A stretch of DNA of 64,000 nucleotides from Candidatus Bathyarchaeota archaeon (GTDB lineage: Archaea > Thermoproteota > Bathyarchaeia > TCS64), in contig CAVYVF010000023.1 in assembly GCA_963771885.1 (NCBI GenBank), forward strand, positions 64,001-128,000. Direction: 5' to 3'. Below the pieces are notes generated by a model that was given only the letters and a program-made list of their open reading frames with translations, searched no databases and had not been told where the DNA came from. Position numbers and translations under genes: made by a program. How positions within the stretch are numbered: position 1 is the stretch's first letter; each line of letters opens with the position of its first letter. Positions 9,983-19,787 of the stretch are shown here, in pieces.

Positions 9983-12784
9983 ATGTTCAGCTACGCGTCG
10001 AAGAGGATAATCCGGGGGAGGGGCCTCTCCCTTGCTCTTTTCCTGAGCGTGGTGCTCGCCGCCACCCTCTTCTCCGGCATCCTCCAGGGGGCTGACGCAG
10101 TCGGTGGCTCCGCGCTCGACAACATGCTGGGTAAGTCGGATTGGGACGTCATCGACACAAACATCTACAACAAGAACACGACGGAGACACACATCTACGA
10201 CATCGACGACTTCTTCCTGAGCCTCGACGGCGTAGAGTCCGTCGACCACTTCATCAGACAGGGCATCGAGCTGAACTCGACGAAGATAAATGGGACAGTG
10301 CCCGTCACGATTATAGCCCTTCCCTCAAATGGTGAGCTGTCCGCAGGCATTACGGCGCCTAGCGGCCTAGAGGACGGTAAGCTCTACATCGACGTGGGCT
10401 CCGTCAACGCGACGCGCTTCACAGCGGGGGAGACTGTCGACCTCGGATTGCTCACCTACAGGCCCCTAAGTGGATCCGCTGACTTCAGGAGACTCTACTT
10501 CCCCATCGAGGTTGGCGAACCCGTCAGCATAGACGACCAGACTTGGTCGATATTCCTTTCAAACGACGACGGTGTCACGTATTATAACAGGTGGATGAGT
10601 GTCACGCTCGGCGGTTACGACACGTTCGGCGGCAGACCGCAGTACAACATCGTCGTCGTCACCGAGAACACCTACCGTGAGATACTTGACAGCATCTACG
10701 CGGTCAGGAGGGCGCCAACGATCATTCATAGTGTCGCCACAATTCGCTACGACCGCCCCGCCCTCCTCACTCAGTGGGATATAACGGGTTCGCAAACGAG
10801 GGTCAGGAACCTCAACGAGCAGGTCAACGGCATGGGCGGGGTCTACGACTACATCCCCGTAAACTACCTCGACCTCGCTCTGAGCCAGATCGGGTCAACG
10901 GCCTCCGAAACTAAGCTGAACACGATAGTCGTCACGATCCCAGTCTTCTTCACCGCCTGGTACCTCGGCATGACCGTGTCCGACGTCGCCCTCAGCCTCA
11001 GGCGCAAGGAGATTGGGCTCCTTCTCACACGTGGGATGAGCCACCGCCAAGTATTCGCCTCGCTGCTGACAGAGGCAGCGCTGAGCGGTGTGGTCGCGGG
11101 CATCCTAGGCGTCGCGCTTGGCGCAGTTATAATGCCTCTCGTCGTGAGTCGCGCGGGCTTCGACACACTCTTCAGGTTCGTCTCGCCCGTCACGCTGGCC
11201 GCGACCCTCGGGTTTAGCTTCGCCATCTCCGCTCTGGCCGCCATAAGCCCAGTGAGGAAGGCGACGAGTATGGAGATCGTGGAGGCTCTCCGCGAATACA
11301 GGGAGGAGGAGGAGAGCCTCGGCCACTGGGCCGTGCCGCTCATTGCCCTCATCCTCGGCCTCTACAAGCTCGCCATGCTCATCCTCAACGTCGACATAAC
11401 CACATTCAACCCCACGTCGGGGGACTTTATCAGCTTCCTCGCCTACTCAGTTTGGTACGGGATGGATTCCATCCTCGGCTACATCTGGACGATACTCCTC
11501 TTCTGGGGATTCACCAAGCTCTTCCTAATGTACGCCCCCCAGTTCCAGGGCGTGCTCAGCGGCGTTGCCGCGGGCATAACCGGCGAAGCGGCGAGGTTCA
11601 CGAGTATAAGCAGCAGGAGGAGCCTCAAGCGTGCTGGCTCCTACACTTTCATGTGCGCCCTGGTGATAAGTTACAGCTTCGTAGTATTTGGGAACGTGGC
11701 GATCACAAACGACTTCACGACTAGATACATAGGGGCGCAGCAGGGCGCGGACGTCGTGATACTCGCCTTCGGCGCAGACGGCGTAAACGAGATGGCGGAC
11801 AAGGTGCGCGCCATGCCGGGCGTCCAAACCGCCGCAGTCGAGATAGCCTTCGAGGCGGAGACGAGCGCCGGAACCATACAAGCAAGGGCCATAGAGGAGA
11901 GGTGGTGGAACGTCACTGCCTACACCGAAGATTTGTTCCTCGACCCGGCCTCATATGCGACCTTCGCCGCTGAGGATAACGTCTTCAGGAGCCAGCTCGG
12001 CATCCTGCAGGGGGCGAACGCCCTGCTCGATAGAGGCGCTGCCGACTTCTTCGGAATCCGCGACGACGGCACAGGCTTCCTCAACCTCGACGTCCAGAGG
12101 AGGGTCTACTCACTGAAGATTGTGGGGCTCTTCGGCAGGGACCTCGGCACCAACTGGGTCCCCCAGAACCCGATGGTCTATGTCCCAATGAACTTCACTT
12201 ACAACTGGGACCCCTCCTGGATAAGCGGGGCCCGGATACTCGTCAAGCTCGCCCCCGGCGCGGACACCGAGGCGCTGAAGACGCAGGTTGAGGCTCTCGG
12301 TATGAACATACAGAGAATAGATGTCACATCGGAGGTCGTCGCCCGGGCGCAGTCGTCCCCGCTCCTCGGGGGCTCGCAGCAGGTCAACCAGCTCGGCGTC
12401 ATATTCGCCGCCGCCGTCGCTTCCATCGGTATGGGACTAATAGTGTACACCCTGCTCAAGAGCAGGTCGACGGAGCTCAACCTCATGTCGATAAAGGGCT
12501 ACAGCGCTCGCCAGCTCGCCGTGAGTCTGGCCATAGAGAATATTGGGCTGGCAACCCTCGCAACGCTCCTAGGCGTCGGCAGCGGCATAATCAACCTAAT
12601 GGGTCAGGTCCAGCTATTCAACAAGTACATAATATCCTACACGGCGTGGAGGGTCATATTCCCGGTGACGGCCCAACTGCAGCTGATCCTCCTCTACGCG
12701 ATAATCGTCGCGGCGACACTCCTACCGATTGTGATGGTCGTCCGCAGGATAACGGAGAAACCGAACATCAAGGGTGAGGCGTGA
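9983..12784 (+). CDS. FtsX/MacB-like ABC transporter permease (duplicated architecture)
   Basis: Two large extracytoplasmic domains; RRKEIGLLLTRG and RSTELNLMSIKG FtsX-type motifs. Confidence 0.85.
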   Translation: MFSYASKRIIRGRGLSLALFLSVVLAATLFSGILQGADAVGGSALDNMLGKSDWDVIDTNIYNKNTTETHIYDIDDFFLSLDGVESVDHFIRQGIELNSTKINGTVPVTIIALPSNGELSAGITAPSGLEDGKLYIDVGSVNATRFTAGETVDLGLLTYRPLSGSADFRRLYFPIEVGEPVSIDDQTWSIFLSNDDGVTYYNRWMSVTLGGYDTFGGRPQYNIVVVTENTYREILDSIYAVRRAPTIIHSVATIRYDRPALLTQWDITGSQTRVRNLNEQVNGMGGVYDYIPVNYLDLALSQIGSTASETKLNTIVVTIPVFFTAWYLGMTVSDVALSLRRKEIGLLLTRGMSHRQVFASLLTEAALSGVVAGILGVALGAVIMPLVVSRAGFDTLFRFVSPVTLAATLGFSFAISALAAISPVRKATSMEIVEALREYREEEESLGHWAVPLIALILGLYKLAMLILNVDITTFNPTSGDFISFLAYSVWYGMDSILGYIWTILLFWGFTKLFLMYAPQFQGVLSGVAAGITGEAARFTSISSRRSLKRAGSYTFMCALVISYSFVVFGNVAITNDFTTRYIGAQQGADVVILAFGADGVNEMADKVRAMPGVQTAAVEIAFEAETSAGTIQARAIEERWWNVTAYTEDLFLDPASYATFAAEDNVFRSQLGILQGANALLDRGAADFFGIRDDGTGFLNLDVQRRVYSLKIVGLFGRDLGTNWVPQNPMVYVPMNFTYNWDPSWISGARILVKLAPGADTEALKTQVEALGMNIQRIDVTSEVVARAQSSPLLGGSQQVNQLGVIFAAAVASIGMGLIVYTLLKSRSTELNLMSIKGYSARQLAVSLAIENIGLATLATLLGVGSGIINLMGQVQLFNKYIISYTAWRVIFPVTAQLQLILLYAIIVAATLLPIVMVVRRITEKPNIKGEA

Positions 12785-13680
12785 TGAGCGAAAGGATAGC
12801 AGTCGAAGCGAAGAATTTGATAAGGGTATACAAGACGGGAGACTTGGAGGTACAAGCCCTCAGGGGCCTAAGCGTAACGGTCGGCGTTGGGGAGTTGGTA
12901 GCCCTCATAGGACCATCCGGCTCGGGCAAGAGTACGCTGCTAAACATCATCGGTGGCCTCGACCGCGCCACCGCGGGCTACATCGGTGTAATGGGCAGCG
13001 ACCTCACGCAGCTAAGCGCCTCCCAGCTAGTCGAGTTCAGGAGGAGAACCGTCGGCCACGTCTTCCAGAACATGAACCTAATTCCCACCCTCACGGCGGC
13101 GGAGAACATCGAGCTCCCCATGGCTGCGCTTGGCATGAAGAAGGACGCGCGCCGTAAGCGCGTCGAGGAGCTCATCGGCGTCGTCGGGCTAAAAGAGCGC
13201 ATGGACCACAAGCCCGGCGAGCTCAGTGGGGGTGAGCAGCAGCGAATAGCGTTAGCTGCTGCACTCGCGAACGACCCGCCACTCGTCCTCGCAGATGAGC
13301 CGACAGGCGAACTCGACACAGAGAACGCCATGATAGTCGTCAACTACCTCGCCAAGGTCAATCGAGAGCTCGGGAAGACCATCATAATGGTCACCCACGA
13401 TCCGCGCGTCGCCCGCTCTGCGAGCCGCCTGCTACGCATACAAGATGGCGTACTCGCAACCGACGAGGCCCCAAGCGAGGAGGCGGCGCCGACCCAGACT
13501 AACTACACGGACATGCTGAAGACGCGCCTCACAAGTATCGACTCACAGCTCGCGGAGCTCGACGCAGAGTTCAGGAGGGGCGTCATCACGAGCGACCAGT
13601 TCGTCGAGAGGCAGACAAGACTCAAGAGGACGAGGGATGTCCTAGGCGAGGAGCTCCACCGCCTCGGCGTCGTCCATTAA
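12781..13680 (+). CDS. ABC ATP-binding protein (LolD/MacB-like) with C-terminal helical extension
   Basis: GPSGSGKST, LSGGEQQR, LADEPTG and VTHD motifs. Confidence 0.93.
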   Translation: MMSERIAVEAKNLIRVYKTGDLEVQALRGLSVTVGVGELVALIGPSGSGKSTLLNIIGGLDRATAGYIGVMGSDLTQLSASQLVEFRRRTVGHVFQNMNLIPTLTAAENIELPMAALGMKKDARRKRVEELIGVVGLKERMDHKPGELSGGEQQRIALAAALANDPPLVLADEPTGELDTENAMIVVNYLAKVNRELGKTIIMVTHDPRVARSASRLLRIQDGVLATDEAPSEEAAPTQTNYTDMLKTRLTSIDSQLAELDAEFRRGVITSDQFVERQTRLKRTRDVLGEELHRLGVVH

Positions 13681-13711
13681 CTTTAATCAATTTTTAATTA
13701 AGAGAAGAGGC

Positions 13712-13834
13712 GGGCCACCAGCTTCCCCGGCTTCGCGTCGCCGAAGACAACACTACCGCCGCGAACGGAGCGTGGTTTAACTTCCGAGTTCGGAATGGGT
13801 TCGGGTGGTTCCCACGCCCTATGGCCGGTAACCC
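13712..13834 (-). rRNA. rrf: 5S rRNA (stand-alone)
   Basis: Minus strand GGGUUACCGGCCAUAG...ACCCGAACCCAUUCCGAACUCGGAAGUUAAAC...GCUGGUGGCCC; paired termini; about 123 nt. Confidence 0.95.
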
Positions 13835-13855
13835 AAACCAATGGCTATGGGTGTC

Positions 13856-13870
13856 AATTTTAAACCTTTT
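13856..13870 (-). promoter_or_regulatory. BRE-TATA promoter of the 5S rRNA gene
   Basis: AAAAGG-TTTAAAA on the minus strand, about 24-30 nt upstream of the 5S 5' end. Confidence 0.7.
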
Positions 13871-13986
13871 GGTGTCCTAAAAAGTAGGTTACGGGGAAAA
13901 TTACGTACGGTAGTCATTGGGAGGTGCTGATACCAAGACATTATACAAATAATGCGAATCGAACAACGGCATGTTCTGGTGGTTAG

Positions 13987-14309
13987 TCAACCATTGCTTA
14001 GTTCGACGTGAAACTCGGCAACCCAGACAACCGCTTCGGGGTCCCATGCGCCAGTGAGAGTTCGCCACTCCTCGATGAAACCTCTGAGGTTCTTGACTCC
14101 CTCTCGGCGAGCGTCCGTCTCGGTCATGTCGCCGAGCCTCTGTTGGTAGAGGCGGTCGACCCTGATCTTCTCTTCAAGTGTTCGAAGAAGCCAGTGCGTA
14201 TGTTGTAGGAACTCCCCTCCTTCACCATGGGTTTCCTCGTTCGCCGGGTCGTCGTCTTTGCCCTGGACAGGATCAGGGGGGTATATTGCTTCATCCAGAG
14301 TAGAGCCAC
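13987..14309 (-). CDS. ASCH (PUA-like) domain protein, one frameshift near 14177
   Basis: ILSRAKTTTRR, then after the shift IRVDRLYQQRLGDMTETDARREG...FIEEW...WDPEAVVWVAEF; split in the ORF track. Confidence 0.75.
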
Positions 14310-14394
14310 GACATGGATTAGGTGTCTCTGCGTTTAGTGATTGTGTGGTTCCCCGCCAGATTTATTAGGTGAAACCCTGTATGCGATTTGCACG

Positions 14395-14527
14395 GGGGTC
14401 GTGGTCTAGACAGGTATGACGTTGGGCTCCAGAAATCCATTAAGGACTTAACTGACCCGTGAGGGGATGACGAGTTTTTGGAGCAGAAACCCAAATGCCG
14501 GGGGTTCAAATCCTCCCGACCCCACCA
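14395..14527 (+). tRNA. trnW: tRNA-Trp(CCA) with 56-nt intron at 37/38 (14433..14488); CCA end encoded
   Basis: Acceptor stem GGGGTCG/CGACCCC-A-CCA, anticodon stem TTGGG/CCCAA, anticodon CCA at 14429-14431, T-loop GTTCAAATC, TTTATTA box at 14361. Confidence 0.92.
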
Positions 14528-14539
14528 TTGCTAATTACG

Positions 14540-15013
14540 TTACTTGCCTTTGGGGAGGCGGTCCGCCACTAGGTTTAGCTGTATACCATGTTCTAGCCAT
14601 GCCTTTGCCCCAGCAAGGCACCAAGTGAAGCCCCCGGTTGAGCCAAGGGCTGAGTTCATGATTGTGTCGCCGTCGCCGTGGAAACCACTCTCAGTGACGT
14701 CGACGAACGTAGCCTCCTTACCATACGGGGTGAACTTCCACTCCACCTTAGTGGGGTCGCCATAGCTTTGCCACTCTATGAGTATACTCTTATTCTCCTC
14801 AATCTCCTTGACGACTACCTCGGCGGAGACGTTGTACATCTCCCACGCCCACGTGACCTTCTGGCCCTCAGTTAGTTTGCCGCTGCCCTTGGTGAACCAG
14901 AACTTCGTCGTGACCTCGGGGTCGATGAAGGCGTTGAAGACTTCGGTGATTGGTCGGCGTATGAGCATCGCCGTGTTAGCGACAGGCTCCATTGTTAGCT
15001 GGAGCGTTTTCAT
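14540..15013 (-). CDS. SRPBCC/AHSA1-like protein
   Basis: IRRPITEVFNAFIDPEVTTKFWF...STGGFT.CLAGAKAWLEHG. Confidence 0.85.
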   Translation of the reverse strand: MKTLQLTMEPVANTAMLIRRPITEVFNAFIDPEVTTKFWFTKGSGKLTEGQKVTWAWEMYNVSAEVVVKEIEENKSILIEWQSYGDPTKVEWKFTPYGKEATFVDVTESGFHGDGDTIMNSALGSTGGFTWCLAGAKAWLEHGIQLNLVADRLPKGK

Positions 15014-15111
15014 AAGTTAATTTCGGTCGATGAAATATAATAACTTCGTCAATGCTTGCGAGTTTTCCACGTGTTCTCCTGAACCCGTTGCATTTGGTAA
15101 AAGCTCGTGAC

Positions 15112-15921
15112 CTAGCGAATCCGGGAGAGTATCTCTTCCCTCTCGAACATGCCGAGCCCGATCCTGAGAATTATCAGATCAATTATCACGAAGATAAAGA
15201 ATAGTATGATTATGACCTCGGGGACAAGGAGTAGTACTCCGAGCGCCTGACCCACAACCAGCCCCATTATCGGGACGATGATGAGGACGCTGAGCTGCTG
15301 TGCCTCCCTGAAGCCCTTGACGCGTGCCGATACGATGACGGTCACTGCTATGCCCGCCATGGCCACGGCCGGGGCGAGTAGGAAGATTGAGAGCATCCAA
15401 TTGATGTTCGGAAGCACGAAGCGGTTGAATAGAGGGAATCCGAGGAAGTCGACGATCGCTGTGTAGGCGGCAAATGAGGCGAATGTCACGAACATGGAGG
15501 GGACGAAGGCGACGAGCATCTTTCCCACCATCAGCTCCGCATCGGTGAGCGGAGTGGCGAGGAGCCCCTCGATGGTCTTCCTCTCCTTCTCCCCCGCGAA
15601 GCTGTCGCTGGCGATCACGCTGGACGCCATCGCGGGTATGAGGAGGAAGAACGGCATGAAGACGAATGTCAGCATGAGGTAGGCGATAGTTTGGTTTGCG
15701 TTGAAGCCCGCGATCTCAGCGCGTACCACCTCAGGGAGTATGCCGAGCAGCCCCCCAAGGTCACCGGCGTCCGATGAGGACTCTGGTATGAGGAGTATAA
15801 TAGACGGTAGTAGTATGCAGAATATCATCGGTACAAGTAGAATGGGGAAAAGGATCTGCCAGTTGCGCCTCACCTCGAGCCAATCCTTCCTGAAGACCAG
15901 TAGAACCTTGTCGAATCTCAT
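15112..15921 (-). CDS. ABC-2 type permease
   Basis: SFAGEKERKTIEGLLATPL motif; six TM segments. Confidence 0.9.
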   Translation of the reverse strand: MRFDKVLLVFRKDWLEVRRNWQILFPILLVPMIFCILLPSIILLIPESSSDAGDLGGLLGILPEVVRAEIAGFNANQTIAYLMLTFVFMPFFLLIPAMASSVIASDSFAGEKERKTIEGLLATPLTDAELMVGKMLVAFVPSMFVTFASFAAYTAIVDFLGFPLFNRFVLPNINWMLSIFLLAPAVAMAGIAVTVIVSARVKGFREAQQLSVLIIVPIMGLVVGQALGVLLLVPEVIIILFFIFVIIDLIILRIGLGMFEREEILSRIR

Positions 15922-16859
15922 GCTTGTTCCTCCTTTGTGAGTTCGAGGTACGTGTCCTCAAGGGTAGGGCGCATGATATTGACGGACTTCACTCGTGCAC
16001 CTGCTTTGACGAGACTCGACACTATATCGGGTGTTCCAGCTTCAGGGTCGTCGAGGTCAAATAGGAGGATATCTACACCACTCATGGAGACGTTTTTCAC
16101 TCCTTCCAGTTTAGAGGCCTTTTTTAGAAGGACATCGTCCGCATGCTCTACCGTCACCTCGAGGGCTGGCGCGCCGTGCATCTTCCTGCGCAGGTCCTCG
16201 ACGCTCCCCGTCGCGAGTGGCGCGCCCTTCCTGATTATCATGACGCGGCTGCAGAGTCTCTCCGCCTCCTCAAGGTTGTGTGTGCAGAGAACGATTGTGC
16301 GCTTCTCGTGGCGGCTCATGTCCCACATGAGGTCACGTATATCCTTGGCTGTCTTTGGATCGAGCCCTGAAGAAGGCTCGTCGAGGAAGAGGACGCCGGG
16401 GTTGTGGACGACCGCTTTGGCTATTGCTAGCTTTTGTCTCATACCCTTCGACCATGTCCCCACCTTGTCGCCCCTGCGGTCCCAGAGGTCGAAGAACTCG
16501 AGAAGCTCACGTAGCCTCGCGTCCCTCTCGGTCCTGTCGGTGAGCCCGTATGCCTCGGCGAAGAACTCCATGTTTTCAAGCGCCGAGAGTCGGTCGTAGA
16601 TGCCTGGGTTCTCTGTGAGGACGCCGACTGCCTCCCTAACCTTGAGGGGCTCACTCACTATGTCGAAGCCTGCGACCTTCGCTGAGCCGGCGCTGGGGGC
16701 GATGAGGCAGGAGAGGAGCCGGACGGTGGTGGTCTTTCCTGAGCCGTTTGGGCCGAGGAGCCCGAATATCTCACCGGCATCTGCCTTGAAGCTGATCCCG
16801 TCGACGGCAGTCAGGGGGCCGAAGCGCTTGATGAGCCCCGTCGCCTCTATGCCCGACAT
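15918..16859 (-). CDS. ABC-2 type ATP-binding protein
   Basis: GPNGSGKTT, SKGMRQK, FLDEPSSGLD and C-terminal PTLED. Confidence 0.93.
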   Translation of the reverse strand: MSGIEATGLIKRFGPLTAVDGISFKADAGEIFGLLGPNGSGKTTTVRLLSCLIAPSAGSAKVAGFDIVSEPLKVREAVGVLTENPGIYDRLSALENMEFFAEAYGLTDRTERDARLRELLEFFDLWDRRGDKVGTWSKGMRQKLAIAKAVVHNPGVLFLDEPSSGLDPKTAKDIRDLMWDMSRHEKRTIVLCTHNLEEAERLCSRVMIIRKGAPLATGSVEDLRRKMHGAPALEVTVEHADDVLLKKASKLEGVKNVSMSGVDILLFDLDDPEAGTPDIVSSLVKAGARVKSVNIMRPTLEDTYLELTKEEQA

Positions 16860-16936
16860 ATTGTTCAGCTAGTAGGCGTCTGGCCGGATTTAGGGAGTTC
16901 GATGTGGCTCTAGGGTGAGCGTAAGGGATGGAAACT

Positions 16937-17302
16937 TCACTTCTTCAGGGTTATCGTGTACCTTGCGCTGAGTGGCTTTAAGGCATCGTCCACTTTTCTT
17001 ATCGTCTCATTGATGTATTCTCTCGTTGGCTCGACCATCCATAGGAAGACGAAGTCGTGTCCCTCCAGCTCCTCGGCGGGGGCGAGGATGTGTCCGCAGC
17101 GCTCGTAGTCGATATTACCACGTCCCTTGAAGTAGTTGTAGACCCAGTCGACGGCGCGTGTGTAGGGGTCGGAGTGTAGGAGGAGGGGGTTCATGAGGCA
17201 GATGTGAGGGCTCTCAACAGCTATTTTCTCAAGTGCCTCGATGGATTCGAGGTAGGGTGGCGCGTAGATTCTGATCAATGCCTTCATAATTGACTCTATC
17301 AC
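16937..17302 (-). CDS. Hypothetical protein
   Basis: Fills the gap with host-like codon usage; TATA-like TTATAG upstream; no recognised motif. Confidence 0.6.
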   Translation of the reverse strand: MIESIMKALIRIYAPPYLESIEALEKIAVESPHICLMNPLLLHSDPYTRAVDWVYNYFKGRGNIDYERCGHILAPAEELEGHDFVFLWMVEPTREYINETIRKVDDALKPLSARYTITLKK

Positions 17303-17338
17303 TCGTTTGGAAGAGTGGGCTATAATCCTTGACTAGGT

Positions 17339-18376
17339 CTACTTGGATATCTTCTCGAGGAAGGCCTTGACGAGTAGTATGGTGTTCTCTATGTCCTCGG
17401 TTGAGGTTATCGCGGCGGGACCGTGTATGTACCTGCAGGGAACAGCTATGGTGCCGCTGGGGACGCCACCCTTGGTCAGGTGGATGCTCCCCGCGTCGGT
17501 GCCGCCGCTAGGTATCTTCTTGAACTGGTAGGGGATCTTCCCCGCCTCGGCGGCGTCCACGATGGTCTTGAGGACCTTGGGGTGGACGATGACGCTGGAG
17601 TCGGCTATCGTGACGACGGGGCCCTTCTTGAGGGAGGCGGGTATCATGTGTGGCGCCATACCCGGCATGTCTACGGCGAATGTGCCCTCGAGGGCGAGGC
17701 CATAGTCGGGGTCCACCTGGTACGCGGCGGTCTTGGAGCCGCGGAGCCCGACCTCCTCCTGCACGGTGCCGACGGCGACGACATTGAGTTGGGAGCCCTT
17801 GAGCCACTTGAAGACCTCCGCTAGGACATAGCAGCCGGCGCGGTCGTCGAGCGCCTTTCCCCGGATGTAGCCCTCTCCGAGGTCGATGAACTCGACGTCG
17901 AAGACGCCGGTCATACCGACGTAGGCTCCCCGTTTCTCCGCCTCCTCTCGCGTACAGGTGCCTATGTCGACGAACAGGTCGTCGAGGACGACGGGCTTCT
18001 TCCTCTCCTCCTCGCTCATGATGTGGGGCGGCTTCGTGCCGACGACGCCCTTGAGGTCGGCTTTCTTGCCCCGGAATACTAGCCTCTGCCCGGGGAGTAG
18101 GTTAGGGACGACGCCCCATGAGTGGAGGCGGAGGTATCCCTGATCCTCTATGTGGCGGACGAGGAAGCCGACCTCGTCCATGTGGGCCGCGAGCATGATG
18201 AGTGGTTTCCCCTCCTTACACCTGTGGGTGAAGAGGATGTTGCCCAGCTTGTCGATCTGGGTCTCATCCGCGTAGCCCTCAAGCTCCGCCTTGAGTATCT
18301 CCCTCACCTCGTCCTCCGAGCCTGGAGGACCGTAGGCGTTCGACAGTCTCTCAAGAAGCGCCGTGTCCATACGCAT
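17339..18376 (-). CDS. M42 family aminopeptidase (TET-like)
   Basis: AAHMDEVG, KALDDRAG, QEEVGLRG, GGTDAG and RYIH motifs. Confidence 0.93.
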   Translation of the reverse strand: MRMDTALLERLSNAYGPPGSEDEVREILKAELEGYADETQIDKLGNILFTHRCKEGKPLIMLAAHMDEVGFLVRHIEDQGYLRLHSWGVVPNLLPGQRLVFRGKKADLKGVVGTKPPHIMSEEERKKPVVLDDLFVDIGTCTREEAEKRGAYVGMTGVFDVEFIDLGEGYIRGKALDDRAGCYVLAEVFKWLKGSQLNVVAVGTVQEEVGLRGSKTAAYQVDPDYGLALEGTFAVDMPGMAPHMIPASLKKGPVVTIADSSVIVHPKVLKTIVDAAEAGKIPYQFKKIPSGGTDAGSIHLTKGGVPSGTIAVPCRYIHGPAAITSTEDIENTILLVKAFLEKISK

Positions 18377-18481
18377 CGATTCCGATGACGCTGATGGGTG
18401 ATATAATACTTGAGAAAACCCGGCTAGAGCCTGGAATATTCTCTGGACGGCCTCGACGCTGCACGCGCTCAACAAGAGGGG

Positions 18482-18667
18482 TTAAAGCCCGTCACCCACG
18501 AGTTGTCGACAAGCATCTCCGCGCTCTTCACCGCAGGCGACGTAACAGATAGGAAGGAGCAGACCGCAATCGCAGTCGGGTAAGGCGCCTAAGCAACCCT
18601 AGCTGCTTATGAGTATCTCTACTTGAAGGGGCTAACAAAGAAGCTGACGCGCGAAATCTGGCAGTAG
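18482..18667 (+). pseudogene. trxB: Thioredoxin reductase C-terminal remnant
   Basis: STSISALFTAGDVTDRKEQTAIAVG*GA*ATLAAYEYL, versus the TrxB pattern TS.PGVFAAGDV....QIA.AVGEGA.AA..AY.YL; two in-frame TAA. Confidence 0.7.
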
Positions 18668-18669
18668 GG

Positions 18670-19317
18670 CTAGACTTCGTACTTCGTCGGGTCGGGTATC
18701 CCCGCCTCTGCGAATGCCCTCTTCCTGTTGTTGCAGGACTCGCACTCTCCACAATGGGTAGGCCCCTGAAGGTAGCAGGACCACGTCTTCTCAAGAGGGA
18801 CTCCGAGTCTCACAGCTTCCCGGAGGACTCCGGATTTACGTAAATGGCTGAGGGGGGAAGTTATCGTGATGTCATTCGCTGTGCCGAGGCGCGCAGCCTT
18901 CTCGAACGCCTCGTAGAACTCTCTTCGGCAATCAGGGTAGAACTCCTCGTCCCCCGCATGGGCACCATATATGACGAGGTCGGCACCGATCCCGTCGGCG
19001 AACGCGACAGCTACGGATAGGAAAATTCCATTGCGGAAGGGCACGATGATCGGGTCGGTGAACGTGCCCGTGACCTCCATCTCCGCATCGACAAGACTCG
19101 TGACACCTTCATAGATGCCACTCAAGTTCCTGAGGTCGATGATCTTGTGGGGTATCTTCAGTATCCTAGTGATCTCGGTAGCATGCTCTATCTCGACCTG
19201 CGCCTTCTGGCTGTAGTTGAACGTGAGGGCGTGGACCTCGTAGTTCTTCTCCCTCGCCCAGTAGGCGGCGGTTACTGAGTCTGGTCCCCCGCTGAGTATG
19301 ATGACACATTTCCTCAT
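18670..19317 (-). CDS. queC: 7-cyano-7-deazaguanine (preQ0) synthase
   Basis: SGGPDS, VPFRNGIF, YPDCR and TWSCY...HCGECESC..R motifs. Confidence 0.95.
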   Translation of the reverse strand: MRKCVIILSGGPDSVTAAYWAREKNYEVHALTFNYSQKAQVEIEHATEITRILKIPHKIIDLRNLSGIYEGVTSLVDAEMEVTGTFTDPIIVPFRNGIFLSVAVAFADGIGADLVIYGAHAGDEEFYPDCRREFYEAFEKAARLGTANDITITSPLSHLRKSGVLREAVRLGVPLEKTWSCYLQGPTHCGECESCNNRKRAFAEAGIPDPTKYEV

Positions 19318-19319
19318 TT

Positions 19320-19787
19320 CTACCACTTCATCCTCCGCTCAAGCACCGTAAATATTCCCGCTCCCAGGACGTTGATTATGAGCTCGCTTGCCAGTAACCC
19401 AGGAAGAGTCAACCCGACAGGTAGACTGAACAGCTGCAACAGCATCCACGAAACGCATACCGGGATGATGATGGCAATGATCAGCCCGCAGGTCCAGTAG
19501 CTTCCCCCGAAGCGCTTCGCTACCTCGTAGCCGATGAGCCCCGCGGCGAGGCTCGCAACAGGCATGAAGAGGAGCTCGTAGATACCCGCGAAGGGGCTCA
19601 TGAGGTTACCAACGACGACGCCGATGGCGTAGCCTACTGCTAGCACCCTCATCCGGGCTATCCCGGGCCTGACGACGCCGGCGAGCCTGAACTGAAGTAC
19701 ACCGAAGCTTATCGGCGAGAAGACGATGACGAGCGACGCGTAGAGCGCCGCATAAACAGCTACTAGGGATAGTTCTCTCGTGTTCAA
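19320..19787 (-). CDS. queT: QueT family (queuosine precursor) transporter
   Basis: MNTREL..AVYAALY...PISFGVLQFRL...GVVVGNLMSP; TTG start at 19787 with GGAGG 10 nt upstream; directly precedes queC. Confidence 0.85.
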   Translation of the reverse strand: MNTRELSLVAVYAALYASLVIVFSPISFGVLQFRLAGVVRPGIARMRVLAVGYAIGVVVGNLMSPFAGIYELLFMPVASLAAGLIGYEVAKRFGGSYWTCGLIIAIIIPVCVSWMLLQLFSLPVGLTLPGLLASELIINVLGAGIFTVLERRMKW

